NCBI RefSeq assembly: GCF_021869535.1
Contig: NW_026262679.1
Location: forward strand, 95,914,001 to 95,978,000
Length of the DNA: 64,000 nucleotides
Direction of reading: 5' to 3'
Origin: Mytilus californianus
Lineage: Eukaryota
The stretch's first letter is position 1; the number at the start of each line of letters is the position of its first letter. The notes below the pieces were generated by a model. That model was not told the origin of the DNA. It searched no databases and saw only the letters and a program-made list of their open reading frames with translations. Positions 34,466 through 45,735 of the stretch are shown one piece after another. The translations under genes and the position numbers were made by a program.

Positions 34466-37237
34466 ACTCGTGTGTCCTGTCCTGTTTTTTTTTTAATATA
34501 TGCACAGTTTTTTTTTTAAAAAGATTGGTTAAACCATGGAAGTATTATTGTCAATATAATACTTCCATGATCAGATGAAAACCTTATTATGGAACAATGA
34601 GAATTAAAATCGTCTCGAAATAAAACGAAACAGACAATTGCACCATTCCGAGATGACTAAGTTTTCATAGATCTTCATATATCTCAAAATACATTAATGA
34701 TTGACACTATTCTATGCATTAATCTTTCTTCATATGCTAGTGTACAAGTTTTTTTTTAAATTTTTTACAAAATTTTGTTACAACAAGTTATCATAAATTT
34801 AACCTGAGAATACTGAGATAACACAGAGTAGATAGAAGTCTCAGATTCACCGGTTTGCACAAAAAGAATTTAAGTTGTGTTTACTAGAACATGGCTACAT
34901 TTTTAATCATAAAAAAACGCGAGTTTTTTACTACAAAAATTACTAATTACTGTTGTTCTTGAAATGATTTTATTTAATTGTTGCTTTTATCCTTCTTTCA
35001 TGACTTGCGGATTATATGTCACAAGGGTAAACTTCTACGCATTTAATATTTAATCTGGCTTTCACACATGCAGATATTACTACTTAACTTCTCGCATAGT
35101 TTTTGCTCACTAACTTTTCAAGCTAAAACGCAAACATAAAAAAAGCTTTACATTTACTATCTACAACAGAAGTATACCACGATTGGACTAGTAAGTAGTA
35201 TATACCGATATATACCTCTAAAGAGGCAGATGAAAAATACAGAGCCGTAGTCGATATTTTCGGCTTATACCACTTACAAGAAAGATATATTCTTTTTTAT
35301 AATTGTATCGAATATTTTCCCTATTAAATCATCGATATCAAGATGTAACGGGGATCATCGGATTCGTTTTTTTTTCTGCGTTATTAAAAGTTGAGAGTTG
35401 TATGTAAACACATGGATAACTACGACGCCGTCGTGAAATGATACGCTCACATATATTTTTGTCCTTTTTGGTATGTCTTATTAAGTTCAACGAGCTAATG
35501 AAATATCAGCGCATATACCACCCTAATTTTCCAAAAAAAAAGGCATGGATTGATCTTTGGAAGTCTTTCATATCGTTGTATTTACATAAAAAGATACCTC
35601 GGTAGTCTAATCGCCAAGATTAATACCATGGAAGCAGTGAAAACGAAGGAAACTAGTGATATATGCACAATTATCATTGTTCTTTATTGTGTTATCTTCA
35701 TAAACAAAATATCTAATAAGGTGGAATTAAACGTTCAATATATCACTCTAAATGAAATATTTAAGATTTTGCTTTACCAAAATTTACAATACTAGATCTA
35801 GTTTGTTTTACCAAGTTATAGGAATAAGATTGTTTTTTGGAAATTCACTGTTTTAATATATTTTGTTGTGCAATGCATACATATGAAAACCGTTTAATGT
35901 CCAGTTTTTGTATGCAATGGCGTTGTTACGTCCTTTTAATAAATTGATCAATGACAAAAAAAATCTTGCCTGGACTACATTTTTTCAATTTCTTACAAGT
36001 TTTATTCTGCAAGGTGATTATATTTTTAACGCTCTCGCCTTTCATTACAACGTCATAGACATATATATAATCTTCTTGCAGAATAAAACTTGCGAGTAAT
36101 TGAAAAAGTGTAGCCCAAGTAAGATTTTGTTGTCATTATAAATACAAAATAAGTCAAACATTTGCGTTAAAACTTTCTACACTGGAATAAGCTGATGAAA
36201 TGGTTCGCCATTATAGATATAATAAACCCAGAAGGTTGTACATATATAACTAAAAAAAAAACCACGACGAAACAAAACAAATAGCAACTGCAAATATGTA
36301 TTAATAGTGCTTAATTAACATTAAAACGTTATAATCATAATCAGAGATATAAAAATTATGTCTCTGCCATAATAAATTCTTTGAAGCAACAAAAGTGTAA
36401 CCGCCCCAGTAAGAGTGTTATCTTTTGAAAACACTCGCACCATTACCCCGAATAAAGCAAATTATCTAATTGACAGAAGGACCCTACTTTATCATTAGGA
36501 CTTGAAGTTGCATATTTGTCAGCAAATTGTTGGAAGTTCATTAGTTCTATTGTGCATAAATGATGGGGAAACTCTGCTGTAATACGATTACCAATTCTTG
36601 AGTATTGATATGCTGATTGAAGATGTTATTCTGGCTACACACACAGTCAAATGACAATTATTCTAGATGTCGTGAAAATCAATTCGGAACATCCTCTGGA
36701 TTTGTATTATATTGAATTATCTGATTCACTAAATGAACTGTTATTTATGATTAAATAATTAAATTCACTGTGTGCGAGTTTGTCAAGAAGATCAGCGACA
36801 AAAGTCGTTGGCAACTTTAAGCAATTACCTGCAGGCACGTAGACAATGTAGATACAGGTCTTAAAAGATTCCCTGTTCCCTCCCCCTCCCCCGAAAATAT
36901 AGTTATTTTCACGATCATGCATTTAGCTTGCAAGCTATGCGTGAAATGTTCTTATACGTTTCAAACAATTTGTAGAAAAAAGTCCGTTATTGTTAGAGAC
37001 CTTATGTTGTCCTCAATAAATCTTTGTGACATTAGGTTGTTGTCTTGGTGACGTATACTCAATCTCATTTTTTCGCAGTTAAGAAATAATAATGCCTTTT
37101 GTTATTCCGTTCTTAATCTTTTAGTTAAATCTGAATTTATTAAAGTTAAGAGCATTGTTTTAATATATATGCAACAAATGATACACTGTCAGCTAAATTG
37201 TTTTCCGAGTGATGATTAAATAATGTCCTTATTGTAA

Positions 37238-37415
37238 GAGCCTCGGTGGCCGAATGGTCTAAGTAGTCGAACTACTGTATCACTAGCCAGTCAACACTAA
37301 GGTTGTGTCTTCGTATCCCGCACATGACAGGTGCACTCGACTCCAATCTTATTTGACTAGGATTGTCAATTTTCCAAACGAAGGTCGGTGGTTCTCTTCG
37401 GGCACTCCGGCTTCC
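37238..37415 (+). mobile_element. tRNA-derived SINE (3'-truncated)
   Basis: A-box-like GGTGGCCGAATGG, degenerate B-box TTCGTATCCC, and body GGTCGGTGGTTCTCTTCGGGCACTCCGGCTTCC resembling the conserved V/Meta-type SINE core. Confidence 0.8.
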
Positions 37416-37757
37416 AGAAAACAGAATTAGAAATCAGAAAATGTTGTCTTATACGATACTTCTTATCAAAGGGTCAATTTTTAATGTTGATGTATTTAAT
37501 ACTGTAAATTCAGAAATTATTGCGAGGTTTTTATTACGGGTGGGTGAGCATCACAATAATAAGAACTCGCATTTCGAAATCTGATACATATATCTGTATG
37601 CAGATTGGTCTGAAATCGCAATAATTAATCTTGCATTTTTGTCCATGGAAAGCTCTTACGAAAAAAATGTAGACTATCATGTCCGCCAAAAATAGTAACT
37701 CCATGCCAATCTGTTAAGCGACTGGCTTATATATGATATACCCCTTAAAGAAACGCA

Positions 37758-37885
37758 CAAATAATCTAGGTGAAGTAACATTAATAATTGACTATAACCA
37801 AATAATCTAGGTGAAGTAACAATAATAATTGACTATAACCAAATAATCTAGATGAAGTAACAATAATAATTGACTATAACCAAAT
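37758..37885. repeat. Tandem repeat, 41-bp unit x3
   Basis: CAAATAATCTAGGTGAAGTAACAATAATAATTGACTATAAC at 37758, 37799 and 37840. Confidence 0.95.
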
Positions 37886-38565
37886 GTTCTTTCGTAATAG
37901 TTTCCCACACATTTTGGTTTCAGAAGATTTTTTTTTAATTTGTTTCTAATCGAAAATAAATTTCCTCAGTCTCACCCAGTTTCGGTATGGAATAGTAGTA
38001 AACATTACAACTGTAACTCATCCAATTAATAAAATTAAACAAATATTTAATTAACTTTTGCTGAGGTATTTTATGCATTTGTATGGATCCAGATAAACTG
38101 AATGACGTCATCAAACAGCGAAACTGCATTAACCTTTTTTACTAATAACTTTTTTTTACACAGAAGAAGCCGTATTAACTCATTGTTTTTCACATATTAA
38201 AATTTTGCACATTTTTTATATCAAATGTATTAACAAAATTTACCTTATTCAATTAAAATTACATTATTTTTTATTGCAATTATAATGTATTCAATGAACA
38301 CTTTTTTATTTTTTTAACAAAATAATTTTCTGCTAAACTTTTCTATCGTCTGCATTTAGATGAAGTAAAAAAGAAATAATAATTTTCAGATGCTAAAAGT
38401 TGACCATTCTAATAACTGCTTGATAATAATTGATGGCTTGCAGATAAATAATTGCTATTCCCGAAAATAAAAGGCTATTCCAATTCCGTTTTCAAATGGA
38501 TACAGAATCACGCACAACATTAAAGAAGGAAAGGCAGACAGAATGATTATCAAGTAAATACTTAC

Positions 38566-39951
38566 AAGTGATATATCACTGTCTAAGTCTGGGTCTTCTA
38601 TAATTGTCGACTGGTGTTTGCTTTTACTGCTCCGGTTGCTGGATCCACCGGAAGAAAGTCTTTCTCGCATTTCGCTGAGTAAATCGCTAGCAGTGCCACC
38701 ATGAGAACGAGATTTCTTGTCTTTTGTTAACGATTTGTGATCCGAGTTATTCAATCTTTTTAGTAGTCTTTGCACACCGCCATGGATGCAAATATCTTCT
38801 CTGTGAGCAATTGAATCTCCCAATACATAAACTGATTTCCCATTCAAAATTGAATCAACTAAAGTCAGCTGTTCTTGTCGCAGTTCTGAACAATAATTAA
38901 ACGACGAAATTCCTTCATTATTCTGCAGATAAATGCTTGCACCGTATTTTAAAAATTCCCTGGCAATATTTAAATTGAAAAATTGCTTAGTCACTGCTAA
39001 GTGAAGTGGAGAATTACCTATTGCATCTTGAATACATGGATCTGCTTTATGTTGCAATAATAAACGAACGATTTGAATTTTACCAAAAACTACCGCAGAA
39101 TATAAAGGCGGTAAATTATTGAGTTCCTCTTGATTGTAAAATGATAACAAATCAAGTGAACTATTATTGGTAGGATGAGGGTCTTGATGCTGGAATGTAG
39201 TGGTTTCATCGGTAGAAATTGTTATATTTGGCGTTTCTTTACAGTGGTATCTTTGGAAAAAATTGTGATCATCGTGGTAATCTATTTCGATGTGATGAGA
39301 AATATAAGAATGGCGGACATTAGCTCGCTTCCAGTCAATAATGTTGTTTCCTTTTGAAGCAACATGCATCAAATTGGTAGTCGGAAAATTTGGATCAATA
39401 CCGTATTTCAACAAAAGTTTAATTACTTCTACAGAATTAGATCTTATTGCTACATGAAGAGTTGTTTTAAAAATAGATGGAATATCAGCTTCAGGGGTCA
39501 CGCTTTCTCTTCTATCATGATCAAAAATATCAAGAAAAGTTGGACTCTTCCGAAAATTGAAATCCCCTTCTTGGCTTATCCTACTGCTAGGTCGTCTGCT
39601 TCTAGCAGGTTCTGACATTGATTTATCATGATGAAACCGATCGACTTGAAAATGCAGTGGAAATTTGTGATGATGTAAATCAAGAATTTTTTGTGTTTTG
39701 AAACAATTATTGTCTTTAAGAGATTTTTCAAGTTGTTCTGCTTCTGCAGATAAATCAAAAATGGAAGATGTAATACTGCTGGCTCTCTGTGCAGCAGATG
39801 ACCCGGAACTTCTCGGTGTTAACCATATGTTGCTTGGTAAAGAGAGCATATCTGGACTAAGAGGATCTGTCTGGTGCTCCTCAATTTCAGGAACTACAAC
39901 AAGATCAGGGATTGGGCTTTTCATACTTCTGTCGCGTGACCATAAATCCAT
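38566..39951 (-). CDS. Ankyrin-repeat protein, large N-terminal coding exon (462 codons; gene incomplete, family unresolved)
   Basis: 498-codon ORF with ANK motifs TTLHVAIRSNSVEVIKLLLKYGIDPN (aa163-188), PPLYSAVVFGKIQIVRLLLQHKADP and GNSPLHLAV...FLKYGASI (aa281-346). Acceptor TTTTTTCAG| 15 nt before the ATG (exon starts 39966). Phase-0 donor CTT|GTAAGT at 38565. Confidence 0.88.
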
Positions 39952-41399
39952 TTTCAGCTGTGAAATCTGAAAAAAGTATTTGAAGATAAATACTTGTGTT
40001 CTATTATTACGAAAAATAGAGAATCGAGTAATTTTGCTACTTTAAAATATAAAATTCGTACGAAGAACTACGTACGTAGAATTAACAATTATGACCCACT
40101 AATGAAGGAACGGTGGATACACAACAAATACAAAATGTGCCAATCATATAAATTCTCTTTCATGTTTTTATTTTACATGGTGTTTTGAGTACATTGAGTA
40201 CCGTTTGTAGTTATCTGTTGACACATATCAATTGCTATTTCTTGCATTGACAGAACTAATGAACATCAAAAGATGTCACATGATTGTTCTGTCTGCAGGT
40301 ACACCTAAATCACTAACGGGAATTTAACCTAGATTTTATTAACGCTGTACAAAAGCTGTTGTGCATTTTATTCAATTTTTTTTGAATTAAAATCCTCATT
40401 TTTCACATTTCGACTTAAACAGAAGGAAAGGGTATTTCTGGTATTTTTTTTTCTATTCGCTACTCCTCCTATAGCTAAGTAAAATTTCAGTGAAAGAAAT
40501 TTCCTCTAGCTATGAGCAACATCATTTCATACATGTAAGGAATATCTTCACTCTTTTTAAAAGAAACTTGCTGTTATGAGGCTGAAAAGTTAATATTTAT
40601 ACGAAGCAGTCTTTTTAACAAACTGACTCATTGAGTCTTAAGTTCATGAAAACCCAGTTCCCAGACAAACACAATTCTAGAGAATCTGTTCTACGATACA
40701 AATTGAATATAGATTTTAACAGACCATCATCAAACGCAAAGCAATTATACCAAACGGACCTCGCGAAAACAAACGAAAATGTCAACCATGTTTTCAGTCA
40801 CTTTTCAAACAAATTTTAATGAACCCCAGAGATTAACTATAGATAACGGAAATATGGTCACCCAACACCCTTGTTTAGGGTTGACATTCGCTTGCCTGTG
40901 TTTGATATAAAACTATGCGTCCAAACACATCCACAAAACAAAACAACACTTATATGATACCTCTTTCCATGCGCACGATCTGTGTTACTGGCATACATTT
41001 CATCAAGTACTTGAGACCAAGAAAAACAAAACAGGAAAAATCTATAAGTAGCGTTTGCTAGCAAAAACAGAAAAAGACTGAATAGAACAGCCAAAATATT
41101 GCTAAGAGTTGTTGCAACCATAGTTTTAGTTTATAACTACACATTTATAGACAAAGTGTACCATCTATTAAAATCCTATTTGTACCGAAAAACTTGCGCC
41201 TGGTCAGATTGTACCGTCAAGGACTTACTGTCCAACGGAAGCGGTACCGACTGAGTGGTAATGAAAAACATAATATATTTTCAATATCAATAACGGAAGT
41301 TGACGTTCCTTTCAACAAAAGAACAAATGTGCCTCTACACAGAAATAGCGCCATCACATCTTAAGTCTGAACATAAACAAAAGGTTGAAAAACCGTATC

Positions 41400-41745
41400 A
41401 TAAAATTGAGAATGGAAATGGGGAATGTGTCAAAGAGACAACAACCCGACCATAGAGCAGACAACAGCCGAAGGCCACCAATGGGTCTTCAATGCAGCGA
41501 GAAACTCCCGCACCCGGAGGCGTCCTTCAGCTGGTCCCTAAACAAATATGTATACTAGTTCAGTGATAATGGACGCCATACTAAACTCCAAATTATACAC
41601 AAGAAACTAAAATTAAAAATGATACAAGACTAACAAAGGCCAGAGGCTCCTGACTTGGGACAGGCGCAAAAATGGGGCGGGGTTTAACATGTTTTTGAGA
41701 TCTCAACCCTCCCCCTATACCTCTAGCCAATGTAGAAAAAACAAA
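41400..41745 (+). mobile_element. Well-preserved copy of a second abundant short interspersed repeat (fragments at 2733-2835 and 56557-56600)
   Basis: TAAAATTGAGAATGGAAATGGGGAATGTGTCAAAGAGACAACAACCCGACC is shared with 2735 and 56560. Its distal part shares GGCTCCTGACTTGGGACAGGC..GGGGTT(T/A)AACATGTT with 28844-28895. Confidence 0.8.
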
Positions 41746-42529
41746 CGTACAACATGGTCTTCTCTAATATTCTCATAGTCAATTCAACAATTAAACGATA
41801 ATAGAATTTAAAGAGAAGAAAATAACAAAGTGGGTATATCATTTGTTGAGCAAGAACTGCTGACCCTCCGGATCATGTAAGTTCGACCAGTTTTTGTTGG
41901 ACTTTGTGCTGTTCAATCTTTTGCTTTCTGTGTTGGTTTTTTTAATAGATTGTCTTCGTTTATTTTTTGGTCGTGGTGTTGTTTGTTTTTCTTTACCTTA
42001 TAGTTTTTGATTGATCCCCTCCTTTTGGAATCTTAATCGTTTTATTTCCAAGAATGAAAGGTGATTTTAGAAGTTATAATAATAAAACTTCTTTCCCATT
42101 ATACTAACAATTTCCTTGTAGGTTATTATCATAGAATTTACTATACTCAAACCTTTTAATTTCCCGTACCTTAAAAATGATAGGATATAACCCCAATATT
42201 AATCATTATTTTAGGACACAAAAGTCAAACCAAAATCAGAAATGCCCTGTCTTATACAGGTTATTTTCATTTCCTAAATTTGTCTGCGGAATATCTGTGT
42301 TAATCTGCTCGATGTAATTACAAGGTATTCATATTGATTTTTCTTTCAGTATAAAAAGAAGTTTCTGGTAAATGCGAGTTAACTCTCAGCAAAAATATAT
42401 AGTTTTTTTCACATCAATATTATCTGCTATTGCACCAGAATTCATGACCGTTGTACATAAAGTAAACATTGACAGAAGATTAGATGAGTTTTAGAATAAA
42501 ACGTGCTAAATATTTCCCACTTATCAAGA

Positions 42530-42762
42530 GGAAACCACTCTTAGATTTTTAGGAATTTGAAATTTAATAGAGAATTCTGAAGAAGCATGACTTATGATTC
42601 TCGTTAGGAAACCACTCTTAAAATTTTTAGGAATTTGAAACTTAACAGAGGATTCTGAACAAGCATGAAGTATGACTCTCGTTAAGAAACAACTCATAAG
42701 ATTTTTAGGAATTTGAAACTTAACAGAAAATTCGGAAGAAGCATGAAGTATGACTCTCGTTA
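42530..42762. repeat. Tandem repeat, ~78-bp unit x3
   Basis: GGAAACCACTCTTA..TTTTTAGGAATTTGAAA..AAGCATGA..TATGA.TCTCGTTA at 42530, 42607 and 42685. Confidence 0.93.
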
Positions 42763-45689
42763 TGTTCTCTTTAACAAAAGCCTCAACATTACATCACAAC
42801 ACGAAACATAGAACACTTCACAAGGAAACTGAATTTTTTTTTTATTAATGTCTGATATACATGCACACATATCGGAAAATTGCATGTACTGAAGGCAAAA
42901 ACCTGCATGAACAAGACTGCAAATTACACATTGAACAAGCTTTAAATTCTGTTTTTCTTCTAGTCTAATGCTTGCAAATATCCAGCACAAATACTTTGCA
43001 AGAAAATTAAAACGGTCATCGATGAGACTTGATAGGCAATTGATATCTACACATTATACCTTTGAGGGGAATATGAGTAAGTAATGCATAATGTACAGGA
43101 TTGAATAACACAAAATAACTCATATTGTTTCCCTACAAATATCGATATTTTTTACCTGGAAATTACTATTCTTAATTCATTAGACACAAGCACGTGCACG
43201 CAGACAATAATAATAAATTGACATTTAAAACAAAGTTCGAATTGAGTGATATTAAATCTTGAATAAGTAATAAAAAAAACCCGTTTTTCTCCAAAATTTT
43301 GGGATTGGCAATGGTTTCAAAAAAAATCGTACAAAGGACATTGAATATATTAGCCACAATCTATCAAATTTAGTTAGAAGGAAAGTTCTTAATACTAAAC
43401 GCAAAAAGTGGTCCAGAATTTCTCTATTTCATAAACTCCAACATAAAACATTTTTATATGTGAAAGTCATATATTTATGTATTCCTTTGATATCGTTAAA
43501 AATCTATCATGCACTTACGATATAGCAGCGTTTCAAAGTTATGATTCTAAACAGCACTCAGATTTGTCTCCTGTCGCGTATCCCTATCATACCACACAGC
43601 TCTGATTTGTCCTGCGGCATTCAATTTTTATATGGAATCAATCTTTTCATGATATAAGTACACTTTTCCTAAAATTCCCATGGGAAATACGGAACAATTG
43701 AAATATTAATTTGTACCCAGGTTTATAAGCACGATCTCAATTAAATCTCGTTTAATCTCGTTTTAGTTGACTTTACCATTCAGTTTGCAAGATGACACCA
43801 GGAAATAGAACATGATTAAAAACAAGTGGATTTTTTCATCGGCAATTGGTCTGAAAAATGTTACAATTTCAAAGTAAATATTGTATTAGTACTAAGTAAA
43901 CATCATATCCAATCGATAACGCGGAAAATGCACTTTAATTTTCTAACCATTACATAGGGTTTATGTATACTTTAGCGCACAAACCTATAAACAAAATCAT
44001 ATTGCTAATGACGTATCCGTGAAAGATGAAAAATGCTTGAATAACAATCAAATAAAATTGATACAAAATATTGCATATGAATTATTGATGAATAATGTAT
44101 TCGAGGCTCTATAACTCAAAATTTATTCAATAAAACAAATGAAATTTAGTATTGTCCTTAAATGGCTTAATCATCCAAATGAGACAAAAATAGCACACGG
44201 CAATATCATCATTTTCTTTCTGTATATTCAATACACGTTAAAATTCATCTTGAACTTTAGCAGAGATCTTTATATAGCAGAATCCTACAGTTTTTGTGAA
44301 AGTCACACAAATCGGGTCATGTTACATGTACATTGTTTTATTGCATTTAGAGCCACCAATCGTCTTAGTATCAATTGAACATGTCATATGCAGCTGTTTT
44401 TATAACAAATATTAGTCAATATTTTTATTTCTTTACAAAACATTGTACCGAGGGACATACATGGCATGTTATATACACACTAACAAAGGAAAATGAATGT
44501 ACTCTTTTTGGCCTTAGAAATTTGGCCCTGCAAATTGATCAAATTTTTTAAAAATTGTATTAATACTGATAATATTATTTTTATTTTTGGCAATTTTAAT
44601 ATTAACTATAAGCCTTGACGACAAAGTTTAACTGCGACGTCATTCAACAAATAATATTTCATAAAAGAGATTTTTCAGATTTGTAGCAAAATATGCTAAT
44701 TTCAGGAACATTTTGACTAACTTAACATAGAGCACGAGTGTCACCTTCAATAATGTTTTGCAAGTGAATATAACTATCTATTGGTTCCAGGAAGAATAAG
44801 CTCAAATTAGATATCGAGGAAACATTTGAGATTAAGATGGAAAAATCATGGATAAGTGGATTCATTATGGGACCCCAATGGTGTTTTCGATAAGCACTTA
44901 AATATTCAAAAAGCATCACCATTAGTGTTTTCAATAAGCACCAGAGTTGTCAAAAAACATAAACGTTGTAAATGAAAAGTTTCTTACCCGTATATTTGCG
45001 GCAGCTATTTTTTTATATGGCTTGAGTAATTAAAAGGAGTCTAAATTCACGAAATTGTTGAAAGAATGTCTCAATAGTGATATGCAATTTCGGAACTTTC
45101 AGAATATTTGGCATATTTCTTGCACGAGTATAATTTTGTTAAGAACCACCACCATCTGAGATCGGAATATATAAAAAAAAATCGAGTCCTTCGTTATCAA
45201 AATTAAAGTTTTGGAACAAAAAATCATGAGCGAAAGTGAACAAAATGAAAAGAGTTCCGACCTCTTACAGTATTTCCTTGCAGTTTCGAATAGCTTCATT
45301 TGTAGTTATTTTTACCAATCTCTAGCCGTATAATACCCCCATTTTACTTTAATGTGGTTGTTACACTAAATTTTACAATTCCACATCTGCATACAACAAT
45401 ATTATTTTAAATATTTTTTGACCGTTAGTCAGAAAAGAAATTAGTGGACTGGTGATTGTATGTCCATCTTTTTTTTCACTACATCATGATAGTGTTTGTT
45501 ATTTGTCAACTAATTGCCCTATCCTCCTATCCAATAATACATAATTCTAAGTTGAAATCAAAAATCGTTTGGGTCCATACCTTCTTTTTCGTATACTGAA
45601 CGCTGCAGTCACAAAGTATTTCAATCTATGGACCATAAAGATAAGCATGCAATATTTGTTATTGGGTGATGGTCAAACAACACGAGTCC

Positions 45690-45735
45690 AATATATGCAT
45701 GAAATATTTGCCGCTGGACATTAAGTAACCAAAAA
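45690..45735 (+). mobile_element. Short retroposon 3' tail (further copies at ~46765-46815 +, ~49085-49140 +, ~52465-52530 -)
   Basis: Shared ATGCATGAAATATTTGCC(A/G)(C/T)TGGAC core followed by an (AACC/CAAT)n-like tail. Confidence 0.6.

Noticed and set aside
36424-36922. Protein-like minus-strand pieces as the next ankyrin exon
   Set aside because: The CCTGCAG acceptor gives a stop after three codons in the required phase 0. The other open pieces lack suitable splice sites and recognisable motifs.
37238-37325. tRNA gene
   Set aside because: Only A/B-box-like motifs are present, with no cloverleaf or acceptor stem, and it continues into a SINE core.
38455-38565. Hydrophobic C-terminal tail (VSIYLIIILSAF...) as a membrane anchor of the ankyrin protein
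   Set aside because: It begins exactly at a GTAAGT donor and has intron-like T-rich composition, so it is most likely intron read-through.
39175-39970. Plus-strand ORFs of 60-90 aa
   Set aside because: Antisense shadows of the ankyrin exon.
42575-42615. CTGAAGA...GAAAC hammerhead-like motif in the 78-bp repeat
   Set aside because: No credible stem II or flanking stems, and the core is altered in the other two units.
45066-45330. Protein-like plus-strand reading (LSEYLAYFLHEY...SDLLQYFLAV) broken at a poly-A run
   Set aside because: It needs a frameshift, has no recognisable motif and has no matching donor. Unsupported without a database search.
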